Origin: Octopus vulgaris
Taxonomy: Eukaryota
Length of the DNA: 64,000 nt
Assembly: GCA_951406725.2 (NCBI GenBank)
Contig: OX597819.1
Coordinates: 126,914,001-126,978,000, forward strand
Reading direction: 5' to 3'
The notes beneath the pieces are model-generated. The model made no database searches. It was not told the DNA's origin and saw only the letters and a list, made by a program, of their open reading frames with translations. Position 1 is the stretch's first letter. The number at the start of each line of letters is the position of its first letter. Shown here in pieces: positions 12,601 through 25,940 of the stretch. The position numbers and the translations under genes are program-made.

Positions 12601-15536
12601 AGAGTAGGTCATAGCTGGAATGTTTTCGAACAAATCGATAGCGACGATGACTAATACAACCAGTACCGAAGCTGCCTGAATCGATATTTTGTAAACTCAC
12701 TGCTTGAAATTCAGTAGGTCACGGATTACTAAGTTTTTCTCGTTTGGATTGTTGTTTTTCTATATAACCCCATGTTGTCTTTGATCAAAAAAATTGACAT
12801 TCCGTAACTAAATCGACCCCTTTTACTTTTCAGACACAGTACATTTAGGACTACATTATCCAATATGTCTTTGGTAAGATAGTAGGGTGTGATTTAAGAG
12901 AGATTTATGTGCAACTTCTACAAATTGAACGAGATAAAGAGGTTTCAGCTTTATCTGGATGTAAACATCTTCCCCGTGATGGAACGCTAAAGAATAGTTG
13001 CTTCGCGAACATAGTGTTCCGAATTGAGGTTTCCCTGCGATTCATGATTATGCAGCCACAAAACATTTAAGTAACTTGTACTCAAGGTCTCATATATTCA
13101 TCCGGATCGCTAGCAGATCAACCTCTCTGTAACACTTTCAGTAGTATAATGAACGCGATAAAAAATATATTCAACTGTATAATTGTCAATTATTCCCCTG
13201 AATTTGCCTACAACTGACGCTATATCGTGCATACTTACGGATGCAATGCTCTAATACGATATGCCGTCGTAGATCACCATATTTAGTTTATATCGTCCAC
13301 CAGCTACACGTTACTGGTCGGACACTACGTGCAGTCGCTTTATCAACACAGCAGCCTGGTGAATTTCTTTATAGCACTTGGTCAAGTAAAAAAGACAGTT
13401 CCCATAACCTGTTATTTTTTCAGCCCCACGACCTCAAGAGTAGTGAGAGAGTAGTAATTTTCAAACCAGAAATCAGGCCTAAAGACAAGTTCATGTTGAA
13501 CCAGCCATGAACTCAGAAGTTAAAGAACTTGCTAGCTTCCGGTATACGGAGCTTTTAACTGGTAGCACTTGCATGTGCAAGTTGTTTGCAAGACATATAC
13601 CACAAAAACCCTTATAAGACGTTCTAAAAATTCCTCTAATTAAATGCCCTAGATTGCTACTCTATTTTATCAAACATGAAAATGCGAAAGGTAAATTTGG
13701 TATTGGCGGGATTTGAACACAGAGCGCAGGATCAGATATTTAGTCCTGCTTTCGAACAATTGCTAATTCCTCCCCACCAAATAACTTTTGTTTTTCTATA
13801 AAGGCGATGAAAATACACAACTAAAGTCAAATTTGGGTAACGTTTGAATTCAGAAAGCAAAAGTCAGCAATTAAGTTGAGTAAAGGATTTTGTCCGACGC
13901 TTTGACACAATCCTTACCACTGATCTCGAGGCAGCCAAGGTTGGATCTGGACAGGGTGCATCATCTGTTGAAATTGTTATGAAGAATAAAGTCGTAAATT
14001 TCTCTTGCTTCTGTATGGATTTTCAAAACTTGAACCAGAAATAACGTATAAACTATTTTCTATTTCTTTTACTTTTTACCTATCTATTAGCGATTGCCAC
14101 CGAATGCTAGTGTCGTAGGGGAGTCATTGTAGTCGCTTACATGAAGCACTTTCAGGGAAAATTCACTGGACTGCGTTCATTTCAACTATTTTATGTCACT
14201 GAATGGAATCTGAATAACCTAAGCTGTGAAATCCAACCGAGTTACTATTAATGCTACCCACACCGATTTAAATGAATTTGTTCATACCACAGCAATGTTT
14301 GGGGTTGATGGAATACAGGGAAGAAGAAAGAATATAAACCTCCGACCTTCAAACGAAAGTTCCATATACTATCGAATGCTACCACCCTGCTTCATATAAG
14401 AAACTCTCAGCTGATTAGAACACGTTGCGACAGTAACAAGCAACGCATGAAAAAAATTGTAAAACATTACAAACGGAGATGTTCATATTTAATTACCTTG
14501 TAGAAACTTTAATAAAATAACTGTTTCATAATTTATTTTATCATTAATAACAACTGCAAATCCCAAGACCTCATCATCATTTTATTCCATAATTCGACGC
14601 TTTCATTTCAATACAAGGGAACTGGTTATAATCAACAGAGAAACCGAATTCCATTTTCTGCTATCTGGGAAGCTATCTAAAAATTTAGGATTTTCGCCAA
14701 ATTAGGTTGTTATCAAAACTAAAATAGTTACATTCATAGGCACAATGCCATGAATATTATAAATATGTGTTTGTGGATAGTTAGATCGGGTAAATCAATT
14801 CCTATTACATATTTAAAAAATTTTATATCGCATTTGGTGAACAATAGCATTATTTGTTACAAGTTTCAACCGGGTTGATCATGAATTTCACAACGTAATT
14901 CGAGCGAGATACACATCACTTCGTTTTAAATTGGCGCTTTATCTGTATTCTTACTGATAAATCATAAGATGTGCGCGCACACACACACACATATACGTAC
15001 ATATATGCGTACATGCATATATGCATGCATACCGAAATGTCACTCTGGAAACATTAGTCTAACGGGCTGTGGTAGAAGACAATTGTCAATGTAGTGCTTA
15101 GTGAGACACAACCGAGAGCAATGTGGTTTCAAGCGCACTTCTTAACCAAACAGTTGCTAATTTGTTTGATCGAACTCGGGATTTGAGCTTATAATAGAGA
15201 CATAAATATAATGTTGTATCCCTTGTGCCATCTATCGTCCCGTATGTTCAGCAAGAAATGGGTATGACATTGACATTCATGACAAAAAAAGTGAATCCTG
15301 GATATCGAAGCTTATGTTTTAATCACTCATAGCTTATATGAATTATGTTCCTTTGCGTAATTAATGTTTCAAGAGCTTCTCTGCACCATCGTTTTTTCTA
15401 CAAGATGAGTTCGAGAATTTCATCAGATGTTAATAAAATTGTGCCGTTATTGTTCGAAATTAACATCATGGGCTACTAAGGCATATACAAGTAAATTTAG
15501 TGAAGAACGTTCAACTGGAACTCTGATAAATATCAC

Positions 15537-15600
<64 letters not shown>

Positions 15601-15640
15601 ATATTTATATATATTACATATAATAAGTATATATAATACA

Positions 15641-16023
15641 GGCGCAGGAGTGGCCGTGTGGTAAGTAGCTTGCTTACCAACCACATGGTTCCGGGTTCAG
15701 TCTTGGGCAAGTGTCTTCTACTATAGCCTCGGGCCGACCAAAGCCTTGTGAGTGGATTTGGTAGACGGAAACTGAAAAAAGCCCGTCGTATATATGTCAG
15801 TATATACATATATGCGTGTGTGATTGTGTGTCTGTGTTTGTCACTCCAACATCGCTTGACAACCGATGCTAGTGTGTTTACGTCCCCGTAACTTAGCGGT
15901 AACAAACCGATAGAATAAGTACTAGGCTTACAAAGAATAAGTCCTGGTGTCGATTTGCTCGACTAAAGGCGGTGCTCCAGCATGGCCACATTCAAATGAC
16001 TGAAATAAGTAAAAACGTAAAGA

Positions 16024-16025
<2 letters not shown>
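15641..16025 (+). mobile_element. tRNA-derived SINE, family B
   Basis: Head ggcgcaggagtggccgtgtggtaag, CORE-like ttgggcaagtgtctt, internal microsatellite, tail ggcggtgctccagcatggcc..ctgaaa. Confidence 0.88.
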
Positions 16026-16070
<45 letters not shown>

Positions 16071-16804
16071 CATACATACATATACATAATTATATGTAAA
16101 GGTGAGAGCTAAGGATCCAGGTGTAAGAAGGTAGCAAGCTTTGATCCGTCTGTAGAATATATACATATATATGCGTGTGCACGTGCACGTACACACACAC
16201 AAATATATGTATATATATATAGGCTTATATATTTATGTATCAAGGTATATGCATATATTGTGCCTAACTTAGTAATTTGTAATAATTTGGGGTTCACTAC
16301 TTGCGAAGCAATTGCTGGATCATTCATATTGTTTCAGGAAGTGCAGGAACGTAATCTCCGAGGCAACAGAACTACACAAAGCAATAAAATGGAAAATGGT
16401 AAATCATCTAATTTAAACCCTGGTGTATTTAACTTCACGATAAAAATTGCTGAGTAACCAATCATTTAACGATTTTCCTTTTCCTTTGATCTTTGCGTTG
16501 GCTCTAAATTGATAGTATTCCGCTCATACTTATTTAGTAGTAGCCTTAATTTAGCATCCTTAGCATATACAGACACAGTAAAGTACCTGGAAAAATTAAG
16601 AGGTCATGAAATTTTCAGGCTGTTCTGGAAGCTGTGGGACATCACGTTCATTACGATGTCAATCGTTACGAAAAAGAAAGAAAAAAAATGATTAAACATT
16701 TTTTAAAATATACACTATTAAGGACCTTACTTATCCATCTTCGAAGAAATAATAAAGCTAAGCTATAACAGGAAACTCACCCCAGGACATATATTTTATT
16801 AACC

Positions 16805-17200
16805 ATTGTCCTTGTTGAGCGAAGCGGTCTTCGTCCCAGGCCTCGCAAGATCGCGCCTCTGTAGTGGGAGAAGTCCGAAACGTGGTCCTTTGCTATTCGT
16901 AAGACCCGCAGAAGAGAAAGCAGGTCAACCCCCGACACCGAGAGTATCGACGGATGGATGAATGCGCATCCAGGATCAGCGGTTGCGTAGGGAGTCGGGG
17001 ACAAGAAACAGGAAGAAAGAGTGAGAGAAAGTTGGAGCGAAAGAATACAACAGGGGTCGCCACCACCACCCCTGTCGGAGCCTCGTGAAGCTTTAGGCGT
17101 TTTCGCTCAATAAACACACACAGCGCCCGGTCTGGGAATCAAAACCGCGATCCTCCGACCGCGAGTCCGCTGCCCCAACCATTAGGCCATTGCGCCTCCA
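16805..17200 (-). mobile_element. tRNA-derived SINE, family C head with alternative 3' tail
   Basis: Reverse strand begins ggaggcgcaatggcctaatggtt and matches family C through ctctcactct..cttcctgtttct, then diverges. Confidence 0.8.
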
Positions 17201-20143
17201 CTGCTGCCATGAAGAAGAGATTTCTGGTCTTTTTCAGTTAGTTACTGTTGTTACTGGAGTTGGTCTTTTTCGACTTCGCCGGAGTGTGGTGGTGTTGGTT
17301 GCATCTCATAGCTCGCTTCTGGTAATGAGCAGAGAAGAGTTTTATTTGTTGGCTCGCTAGATATGCCTTATTTCTCCCAAGGACTGCACCTGGAGTGGAC
17401 AAATAACAAAATGATTTGCTGTTGCTAATTTTTTAAAAATTCTGTGCAGAAAACGTTTATATGTGGTTTACTTCCGCATATGAAACAAGTTCTCCACATG
17501 CAACTTCTGGCTGGTTTACCTCAAAAGCTGAGTACATAGTTTTGATTGTTATGTGGTCTTGGAAAGTCATGAGTATTTGTATGTTCATTGTAATCCCACT
17601 TAACCACCTATGGTTAAATGTTACATGTGCACTGATCATAACCAATGTCCTTGACTGTGGCCTTTGTGTTTTCCTCCTTAAATATTGTTGAACCAGCTTA
17701 CTCTTTTGGCTTATCTTTTGACAATGACACATACAGCACCGTATGCTCTCCGTTCCTAATCACACTAAAACTATCTGCCAGAATTGTCTCCAAATGTTTG
17801 GATGGGATCAGAAAATCGCGTTGTGCCTTGTAATAGACACAACAGGTTTTCTTCTCTCACGGGCCTATCTAATCACTTGTGGCAGGTTTGCCTCAGGTCG
17901 GTGCACAAAATACTTCCAAACTTTTGATCTTTTGGAAGAAATGTTTATTACGAAGAGTTTTTCTGCTGCAAACGTTAGCAAAAATCAGTTTATCGTTGCT
18001 TCTGATTAGATCCGAAGGGATATATGAATTCATAGAGATTTTGATTTCTTCTCCGTTGAGTTAAAATGACTGTGCTTTGTCCCTGTTCGTGCATGCTATA
18101 AATATTTTACGTTGCTACCAGATTAGTATAATTTTCTGTTTTTAGTATTTTCTGTGCAATGTATTTTGTGCTTTTTCGGTTTTTCTTTTGGAGGTGTGTT
18201 GTGGCGTTTCCACCCAAAATTCTTGTTTTAAAAATACACCCTGCTTAATGTTGTGCCGTCAGTCAGAGTAAGGTGAAACTTCAAACTGCATTAAGTTATA
18301 TGTATTCGAGTGGTTTTGGTAAAAAACCAGTTTTCATTTAGTAAATCCTTGTTTTGATGAGAAACCTGCGAAAACACATCTACTTTGTCAGCCGTAAACC
18401 CCAACAGTTATAATAAAATTGGTTTCAAATTTTAGTACAAGGCCAGTAATGTTAAGGTGGGGAACAGATTAAACGTTTAGACCAACCCTAAGTACTTAAC
18501 GGATACTTTATTTTAGCGACCCCGAAAAGATGAAAGCAATGATGGTGTCGGTGGGACTCGAACTCCGAAAGTAAAGAGCCGAATAGCAACAGCAACAATA
18601 ATAACTGCTTTTAATTCAAGCACAAACCATTCGAAAGAAAGAAGTACAACCGATAGAAAGATCGAGACACCAATATTACTGGTATTTATATAAACAATGT
18701 AAAGATAAAAATCAATGATCATAGTGACTGGTGTCGAAGACAGAACATAGGAAGGAAGGAAAAAAATACAAAAATCAAAGAGTCAACGACCATAATATAC
18801 TGGAAATCGTTTAGACCGATATTCTACAATTTCGACTATCTCCCCCGATGGAACCAACATCTAAAACAATAAAATAACAAAAGAACGAAATAAAACAACA
18901 GCAAGACGGTCGAGCAGAATATCTCAAATGGTGCAGTACATTGGCTTTCATTAAAACTTGGCATTAGACTTTAGATATTAAATCCTGCTGGGGAATTTAT
19001 TTTTTCTTTTCGTTATCTTCAATCGGGGACATTATCAAATGGTAAAACAGGCTTCATTTTATTACCTGTGGCTCCAAATAAATCGAATTTCTTCAACACC
19101 GATATTGCGACCGACAGGCGTTCCTATATAAAAATTATTTGATCTGAGCAGTAGTAGACAAGGAAATTTATGCACGTGCTTTATATTTTAATTTATTATT
19201 ATTTTTTTTTTTTTCAATCTCAGAGAAGCGGTGAGTGTGAAAGGTGTTGGTGTTGCTGCCGCATGTCTATGTATAAAAGATCTTTGATGTTAATGCTATT
19301 GTTCTTAGGGCCCTTCTTATTGTTGTTGCTGTTGTTGTTGGTTGTGCGGTAATGATGGCAGTTTTATTGTTTTCATTTTAGTTGTTATGACTGCTGCATC
19401 TTTTCTCACTGTTGTCGTGTCTTTTTATTTTTTATATTCAATTTAGTTTTCTGCCATCTCGTTTCCTACTAACTGCCAATGTTGGCTTTGGATTTTAATT
19501 TCTCGTGGGTGTATAAAATATCTACCAACAAATCAGAACGCAATGAAACGATAAATTTAGCAATAAGAGCTACGTGAATATCAACGGAGGAAAGAAGACC
19601 AACTTATTGGCAATGACATTTCTTCTTTACAGGAGTGGTGTGTTAGCGGACGAGGCGAGAAGAATTCCGCTGTGATTTGGGCAACTGTTTTGTCGGCATA
19701 ATGTGCTGCCCTTGAATTCAATAAGAAGGTAAAAAAAAAAACTATATAGCAAGAAGGCAAGGTTTATCCTGAAATATCTTTATCAAACAAGACTTACATA
19801 ATCATTTCTTTTATATATACATATACATACACATAAACACATACACATACACACTGTAGTAGGCATGTGAAAATAGTGTTGTGTGTAAATTAGCATTTAG
19901 CTAGATTCAAATAATTAAGGAACATAGTTGATCTGTACAAAGGTTGTACTCACTGCTGTTTGCCGTTGAGAAGAATTCTCGCTAAAGGCAATAGGTATTA
20001 AGAACCCAAACAGTCATTTCATGGAGCATTCTGGAGGAAGTGAATGCATTTCTAACTTTTTCGCTATCATCAGCTTTATGTACTCAGGAGAGATAACTCT
20101 GAAATTACTCTGGAAGCCTTCGCTTCTTTCACAGCTTTCAGGA

Positions 20144-20527
20144 GGAAGCACTCCGTCGGTTACGACGATGAGGGTTCCGGTTGATCCGAATCAACGGAAC
20201 AGCCTGCTCGTGAAATTAACGTGTAAGTGGCTGAGCACTCCACAGACACGTGTACCCTTAACGTAGTTCTCGGGGATATTCAACGTGACACAGAGAGTGA
20301 CAAGGCCGGCTCTTTGAAATACAGGTACAACAGAAACAGGAAGTAAGAGTGAGAGAAAGTTGTGGTGAAAGAGTACAGCAGGGATCACCACCACCCCCTG
20401 CCGGAGCCTCGTGGAGCTTTAGGTGTTTTCGCTCAATAAACACTCACAACGTCCGGTCTGGGAATCGAAACCGCGATCCTATGAGCGCGAGTCCGCTGCC
20501 CTAACCACTGGGCCATTGCGCCTCCAC
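20144..20527 (-). mobile_element. tRNA-derived SINE, family C
   Basis: Near-identical to 23955-24340; flanked by direct repeat cacagctttca (TSD). Confidence 0.9.
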
Positions 20528-20724
20528 GCACAGCTTTCAAATGCTGATTGGAATGGCAGAAAGCATCTTGGCTTATCTAACCAACCCCACCGGACCCCGT
20601 CCAATGCAAATTTCGGCTTAGTGTATATAGAAACAGTACGTCCAGACATGTATCTATTCTAACTTTGTGACAAACAACAATGAATTCTGAAAAAGAGTCA
20701 TTTACACGCCGGTATACGACAGAA

Positions 20725-20955
20725 GGCGGCGAGCTGGCAGAAACGTTAGCACGCTGGGCGATAGGCTTAGCGGTATTTCGTCTGCCGTTACGTTCTGAGT
20801 TCAAATTCCGCCGAGGTCGACTTTGCCTTTCATCCCTTCGGGGTCGATAAATTAAGTACCAGTTACGCACTGGGGTCGATGTAATCGACTTAATACCAAT
20901 GTATGTCTTTGTTTCTCCCCTCAATGTTTAGCCCCTTGTGGGTAGTAAAGAAAAA
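20725..20955 (+). mobile_element. SINE family A with 14-bp TSD
   Basis: Full-length family A copy; flanks ggtatacgacagaa / ggtatacaacagaa. Confidence 0.9.
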
Positions 20956-21102
20956 GGTATACAACAGAAAACAGAGATCAGATTACACCACTGGAGTAGG
21001 AACATCTTTCCTTCTAGAAGTGGTTAAATGATTGCAAAGTTATGAGATTATCATTTGGTATGTGCGGAAATAATGCTGTTAGTTTGTTCATTAAAACATG
21101 TG

Positions 21103-21223
21103 TGGTATAAGCACATTCCAAAAGCTAATGAATAATAATGATAGCTCGTAAGGTATCAGACTCCAGTGATCTAATTTTTTTCATCACGTATTATTCATTA
21201 GCTTTTGGAATGTGCTTATACCA
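21103..21223. repeat. 35-bp perfect inverted repeat with about 50-nt spacer
   Basis: tggtataagcacattccaaaagctaatgaataata (21103-21137) and its reverse complement (21189-21223). Confidence 0.9.
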
Positions 21224-21579
21224 TTCATGAAAGAGCTCAAATTTGCAAAGTTGAAGTGGAAGGCAGGATGTTAAGTTCGACAATCAGTTCTAAAGCCCAA
21301 AGTAAATATACTTAAAGAACAAGGTTTCGGTACATTATTCCTTATCAAAAATGTTACTTAAGTTTTAAAATGACAAGTAACTTCTACGCCTCGGTGTTTA
21401 GTGTGTTTCCCCTATTTCAACTTTACTATTAAATCTCTACAAGAAAGCATTCAGAACGCTTTTACCGATCAACAACCTGTCATTGTGGTTTTGTAGTACG
21501 CGGCAATAAAATACATAGTAAATGATCCACACACACACGCACACTTACATGTGTATGTATATGTATGCATATAGATATA

Positions 21580-21750
21580 TAGGGAGAGTTTATGAAAAAA
21601 AAAAACAAAAGACGAAAGCAGGTGGTGTACAAAACAAACAGATGTATTAGTATAACGCTCAGGAATAGAAAAAGTTTTTTACGTTTCGAGCCTGCGCTCT
21701 TCTACAGAAAGGAACACAGAGAAAAAAAAAAGAAGAGAAAGGAGAGAAAA
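21580..21750 (-). mobile_element. Penelope-end-like repeat with variant HHR-like motif (family v)
   Basis: Homologous to 52867-52992; minus strand reads cttt-CTGTAGA-a-gagc gcag gctc-GAAA-cg-TA-aaa. Confidence 0.55.
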
Positions 21751-22169
21751 AGATATACACTGATATGCATGAGCATATATGTATAATTATTTTCTTATCT
21801 ATTTTTCATTTATGTTATCACTTATTAGTTACATTTTCATAACTTTAAAGGCTTATGCAAATGTAGCTCAATATGCAGAAGGTAATTCTATATCTGTAAA
21901 TACGCTTATGTTCTCAAAGGTTTTCCGAAAGAAATTTGATATAGATATACGAGAAGCATTCTCAGAGTTTTGAGATTTCGTTTTGGGGAAGTAGCTAGAT
22001 TATTCTAACTTTAGTACACCATTGCTATACCCCCAATAAATCGACGGCCAATATTTATTATTTCATTTATTCCAGATTCAATGAGATGACTGTAACATAA
22101 CTTACAACACTTCCTACTAAACACTGCTTGTCACAGCTGAGTTGTTTGCAGAAGCAGTTGGAACCTGAA

Positions 22170-22790
22170 GACAATGTACAAGCTTATTATGCAATAAAGT
22201 TTTCTGTTAATCTGGGCAAAAACGCTACAGAAACTTATGAAATGTTTCAGACTGCTTATGAATAAACTCTTATGAAGCGAGTGCCTGTTTTTCGCTGGCA
22301 CAAAAAGCCAGGCAAAGCAAGTCTGCCGGAAATATCATGTTGATCCTCTTTTTCAACAGCAAATGCATCATCTACATCCACTAGTTTCCATCGGTCAACA
22401 ATCTGTACTTTGTGGAAGTTTCGAGGGGGTTCAGGAAGATATTTAGTTGCAAAAGGCCAGAGCACATGCATCAGGACAATGCACCGGTCCACAATTCCAT
22501 TCTGGTAACCAGCTATTTGACAAAGATGGGCATCATATCTCACCCCCATCCTCCCTAAAGTCCAGGCCTTGGTCCCTGTGACTTTTGGTTATTCCCAAGC
22601 TGAAGGAAGTTCTGACACGAGTCCTAGATTTCTTCGTATTGGAGAACTTTCACGGGACCTTCACGAAGTGCTTGGAGCGCTACAAACAAGTGTATCAATG
22701 TCAGAGGATCCTTATTTTGAAGGAGATTTGAGCTTTGTACTTCTCTGAAATAAGCAAATGCCTCCCTTTAAAAGTCTGAACACTTCTGGA
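22170..22790 (+). pseudogene. Decayed, internally deleted mariner transposase
   Basis: Manual translation gives YAIKFSVNLGKNATETYEMFQTAY..VFRWHK, HQDNAPVH and PP*SPGLGPCDFWLFP (matching the mariner YSPDLAPCDF motif), with stops and frameshifts. Confidence 0.85.
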
Positions 22791-22971
22791 AGATACGTTC
22801 TATATATGTGTCTTAACTAATACGTTACTCTTAATCTGCACCTCAGTTTTACTATCTTTACCACGCTTGCTTTAGCATTCTTCAACACAAACACATACAC
22901 GCTTTCTGAGTGTATGTGTGTGTGTGCGTATGTATACTTACATATAAGAGAACAAAGTGTACGTACGCTGC

Positions 22972-22997
<26 letters not shown>

Positions 22998-23004
<7 letters not shown>

Positions 23005-23490
23005 CTAAATGGGACAAGAACGCAAAACATCTGGACAACTAGGTGATACAAAAAGGGACAACAAAACATCCAGACAGACGATACAAAAAAAAAAAACAAG
23101 GACGGATCATTCGAAGCTTTCTATCCTCAGTCAAGAACCAGGTCATCCACGCAATTTCGGCTGATTAATCTTGAGATTGCTTCAATCTGGCAGCCCCACC
23201 AAAAACTAAGCTAAGAGCATTAGATTCCTTGGAAGAGATCATCGAATGTATATAAAAACAAGGACGGAAAAATAAGCAATGTTACACAAATATAAATACA
23301 ATATAAATACAATAAAAATAATAATAACAGGACATAACATCAGGTGTCTTTCGACTAAGGAGAAATTGAATTCAGCTGGCGCGTGAGGAAATGAAGTCTT
23401 ACGGCAGAGATCCCAAAATTTCACAAACACAGGGAAGAATATCGATGTTGCACGGACCACGGTCAGACCCAAAGAGAACGAACAGCCTAT
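22998..23490 (-). mobile_element. Penelope-end-like repeat (family vi)
   Basis: Homologous to both arms of the 30688-31032 palindrome; bounded by (TA)n. Confidence 0.55.
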
Positions 23491-23561
23491 GTATAAATAT
23501 ATATTTATATACATACACACAAATGTGTGTGTATATATATATATACACACAAATGTGTGTG

Positions 23562-23602
<41 letters not shown>

Positions 23603-23954
23603 GTTCCTTTTTCTGAAAATCTCATCCTTTCCAAATTGTCACTAACAAAATCACGTGTACTGGATAGTATTGGTGAATTTATAACCTGGATATAGATGTT
23701 GGACACCTCGAAGCAGTTGTTCGTAAATATCCTCTGTCAGTCTGTCTGTCTCTCTACCTCTGTCTGTCTGTTTGTCTGTCTCTCTATCTCCCCCCCTCTC
23801 TCAAGCAGGACAGCTGACTTCTATGACGGTTCATGTTCTTTTCTTATATTTTCCAAACAACTATGTCCAACTTGTTATATTTGCCCTCGGCTGAAGTTTT
23901 GATAGGATTGTTCTATTAATATTCCTTGTGTTAATGTTTATGTATGCAATATGG

Positions 23955-24340
23955 AATGGAAGCACTCCGTCGGTTACGACGACGAGGGTTCCGGTTGATC
24001 CGATCAACGGAACAGCCTGCTCGTGAAATTAACGTGTACGTGGCTGAGCACTCCACAGACACGTGTACCCTTAACGCAGTTCTCGGGGATATTCAGCGTG
24101 ACACAAGGGAGTGACAAGGCCGGCCCTTTGAAATACAGGTACAACAGAAACAGGAAGTAAGAGTGAGAGAAAGTTGTGGTGAAAGAGTACAGCAGGGATC
24201 ACCACCATCCCTGCCGGAGCCTCGTGGAGCTTTTAGGTGTTTTCGCTCGATAAACACTCACAACGCCCGGTCTGGGAATCGAAACCGCGATCCTACAACC
24301 GCGAGTCCGCTGCCCTAACCACTGGGCCATTGCGCCTCCA
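23955..24340 (-). mobile_element. tRNA-derived SINE, family C, with TSD
   Basis: Head ggaggcgcaatggcccagtggttagggcagcggactcgc, B-box ggtttcgattccc; TSD atgtatgcaata at 23940-23951 and 24342-24353. Confidence 0.92.
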
Positions 24341-25388
24341 CATGTATGCAATAAATAACAAGAAGATTCTATATCTATCCCAAATCAGTCTGTCTTTTTT
24401 TTTTGTATAGGTGTTTGTGAGTATGTGTGTATACAAAGGAATTTTTTCTTCAATTTTCATCGTGAAGTAATTTTCCTTTTAAAGTATGCCTGCTCCATTT
24501 CACGATTATTTTTCCCTTCCAATCAGTACGAATCTAGAATGATTACATGAGGTTTTTGTCACCTTCTAATAGATTTTCAATTGTGAGTATTTCCTTCATC
24601 CAGAGGAAGGCCTATTTTTTCCCACTTTATTGCTTTTCCTGCCGTTAAGGTATAAAACAACATGGAACCAAAGAAGAGATTGAAAGCCATTAAAATTCTA
24701 CTATTACAAAAATTAAGCTGTACAAACTTGCATTAAATCGATTCAACTTGCTCCTTTCGTGGGATTCCAACAGAGAATATTCATCTCACCACAATTTCGT
24801 TACTATTCTTTTTTTTTTTAAACTTTTATTACTTTTCTTTAGTTTTTATTACTTTTTTTTAGCTTTAATATCATTGACATAAATGAGGAAAACAGCTGGG
24901 AATGAAAATAAGAGACCTTGTCTCACATGGTTTCTAATCTCATACGTATGTACGTGTCCTTGTTGAAATATCTATAAAGACGCATATATATATACACACA
25001 CACGCACAGAGAGAGAGATACTCGAATCGCACACACGCATATAAATATCCATATACGTACACACATGCACACACACACACGTTGACATACACACATCCTT
25101 ATTTTTAAAATTTTCTATCCTTTTTGCATTTCCATTTTCATGTTAACGAAGACAATTTTGGGGTTTTTTTTTTTAGCTTTGCTTAGCACCGGATTAACAC
25201 TCAACAGGAAAACCGTTGACTAAATGAATGGCACCCGTCACTTTCAATATACTTAGGGATAACTTGGAATACATTATCTAATGTGATCTCCCATATTTAC
25301 AGATCATGAAGTATAGTTCTATTTATAGCTCTTTGAGTGACCAATTGGATGAATAGAATAATTACAACAACAATAATAATAATAATAA

Positions 25389-25806
25389 TCTTTTGTTTAC
25401 TGATCACAATAAACAAGGGGCCGAACACAAAACAAAAGGGACAATACATTATAAGGGACAGTGCGGCTTAGCACAAAAATTCGTGTATGAGAATAAAACA
25501 AAAGCAATTAGCAACAAAAATTTCCCAACAGGGGTAAAGTCCACCCATGGACAACCAAAGAACTTTAAACATCCTGCTTACCCCGACCGGCAGTGGTACC
25601 TCATCAGATGCCTCTCTCCTCAATTCCCCCGGCTTCCAAGGGTATGTTCAGATTGCCATTCATACAGGTCATTCTCAGCATATTTACCCACCCTTCAACA
25701 ACAATACTAGAAGGTCGGATAGCACTTACTCCTCTCCCCTTACTTTTCTCTTCAAGTAGATCTTGAAAAAGTCGATGCGGGGTTAGCCGAAGAGGAAAGT
25801 TTCTAT
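25389..25806 (-). mobile_element. 3' end of a decayed Tx1/L1-like LINE
   Basis: Minus-strand remnant ETFLFG*PRIDFFKIYLKRKVRGE resembles Tx1-type ORF2 C-termini, followed by a pyrimidine-rich 3' UTR ending at (ATT)n. Confidence 0.45.
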
Positions 25807-25812
25807 CATCAG

Positions 25813-25940
25813 TCCTTTCGACCCCGAAAGAATGAAAGGTGAAGTCGAACTCGGCGGAATTTGAACTCAGAACATAGCGGTAGACGAAATACCGCTAGGC
25901 GTTTCGCCTGGTGTGCTAACGCTTCTGCCAGCTCACCGTC
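25813..25940 (-). mobile_element. SINE family A, 5' portion
   Basis: Reverse complement of the family A head and central domain. Confidence 0.8.

Noticed and set aside
17230-18290. Coding-like minus-strand segment (similar ambiguous segments at 26050-26900 and 39440-39930)
   Set aside because: Probably very old retroelement remnants, but multiple stops and no diagnostic motif I can identify by eye; needs a translated search against TE proteins.
24255-24340. tRNA-like sequence (also at 17200, 20527, 44517, 44755)
   Set aside because: SINE heads continuing into shared SINE bodies with TSDs, lacking a closed acceptor stem; not tRNA genes.
25570-25612. CTGATGA motif on the minus strand in the Tx1-like 3' UTR
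   Set aside because: No correctly placed GAAA, stem III or cleavage triplet, so not a hammerhead.
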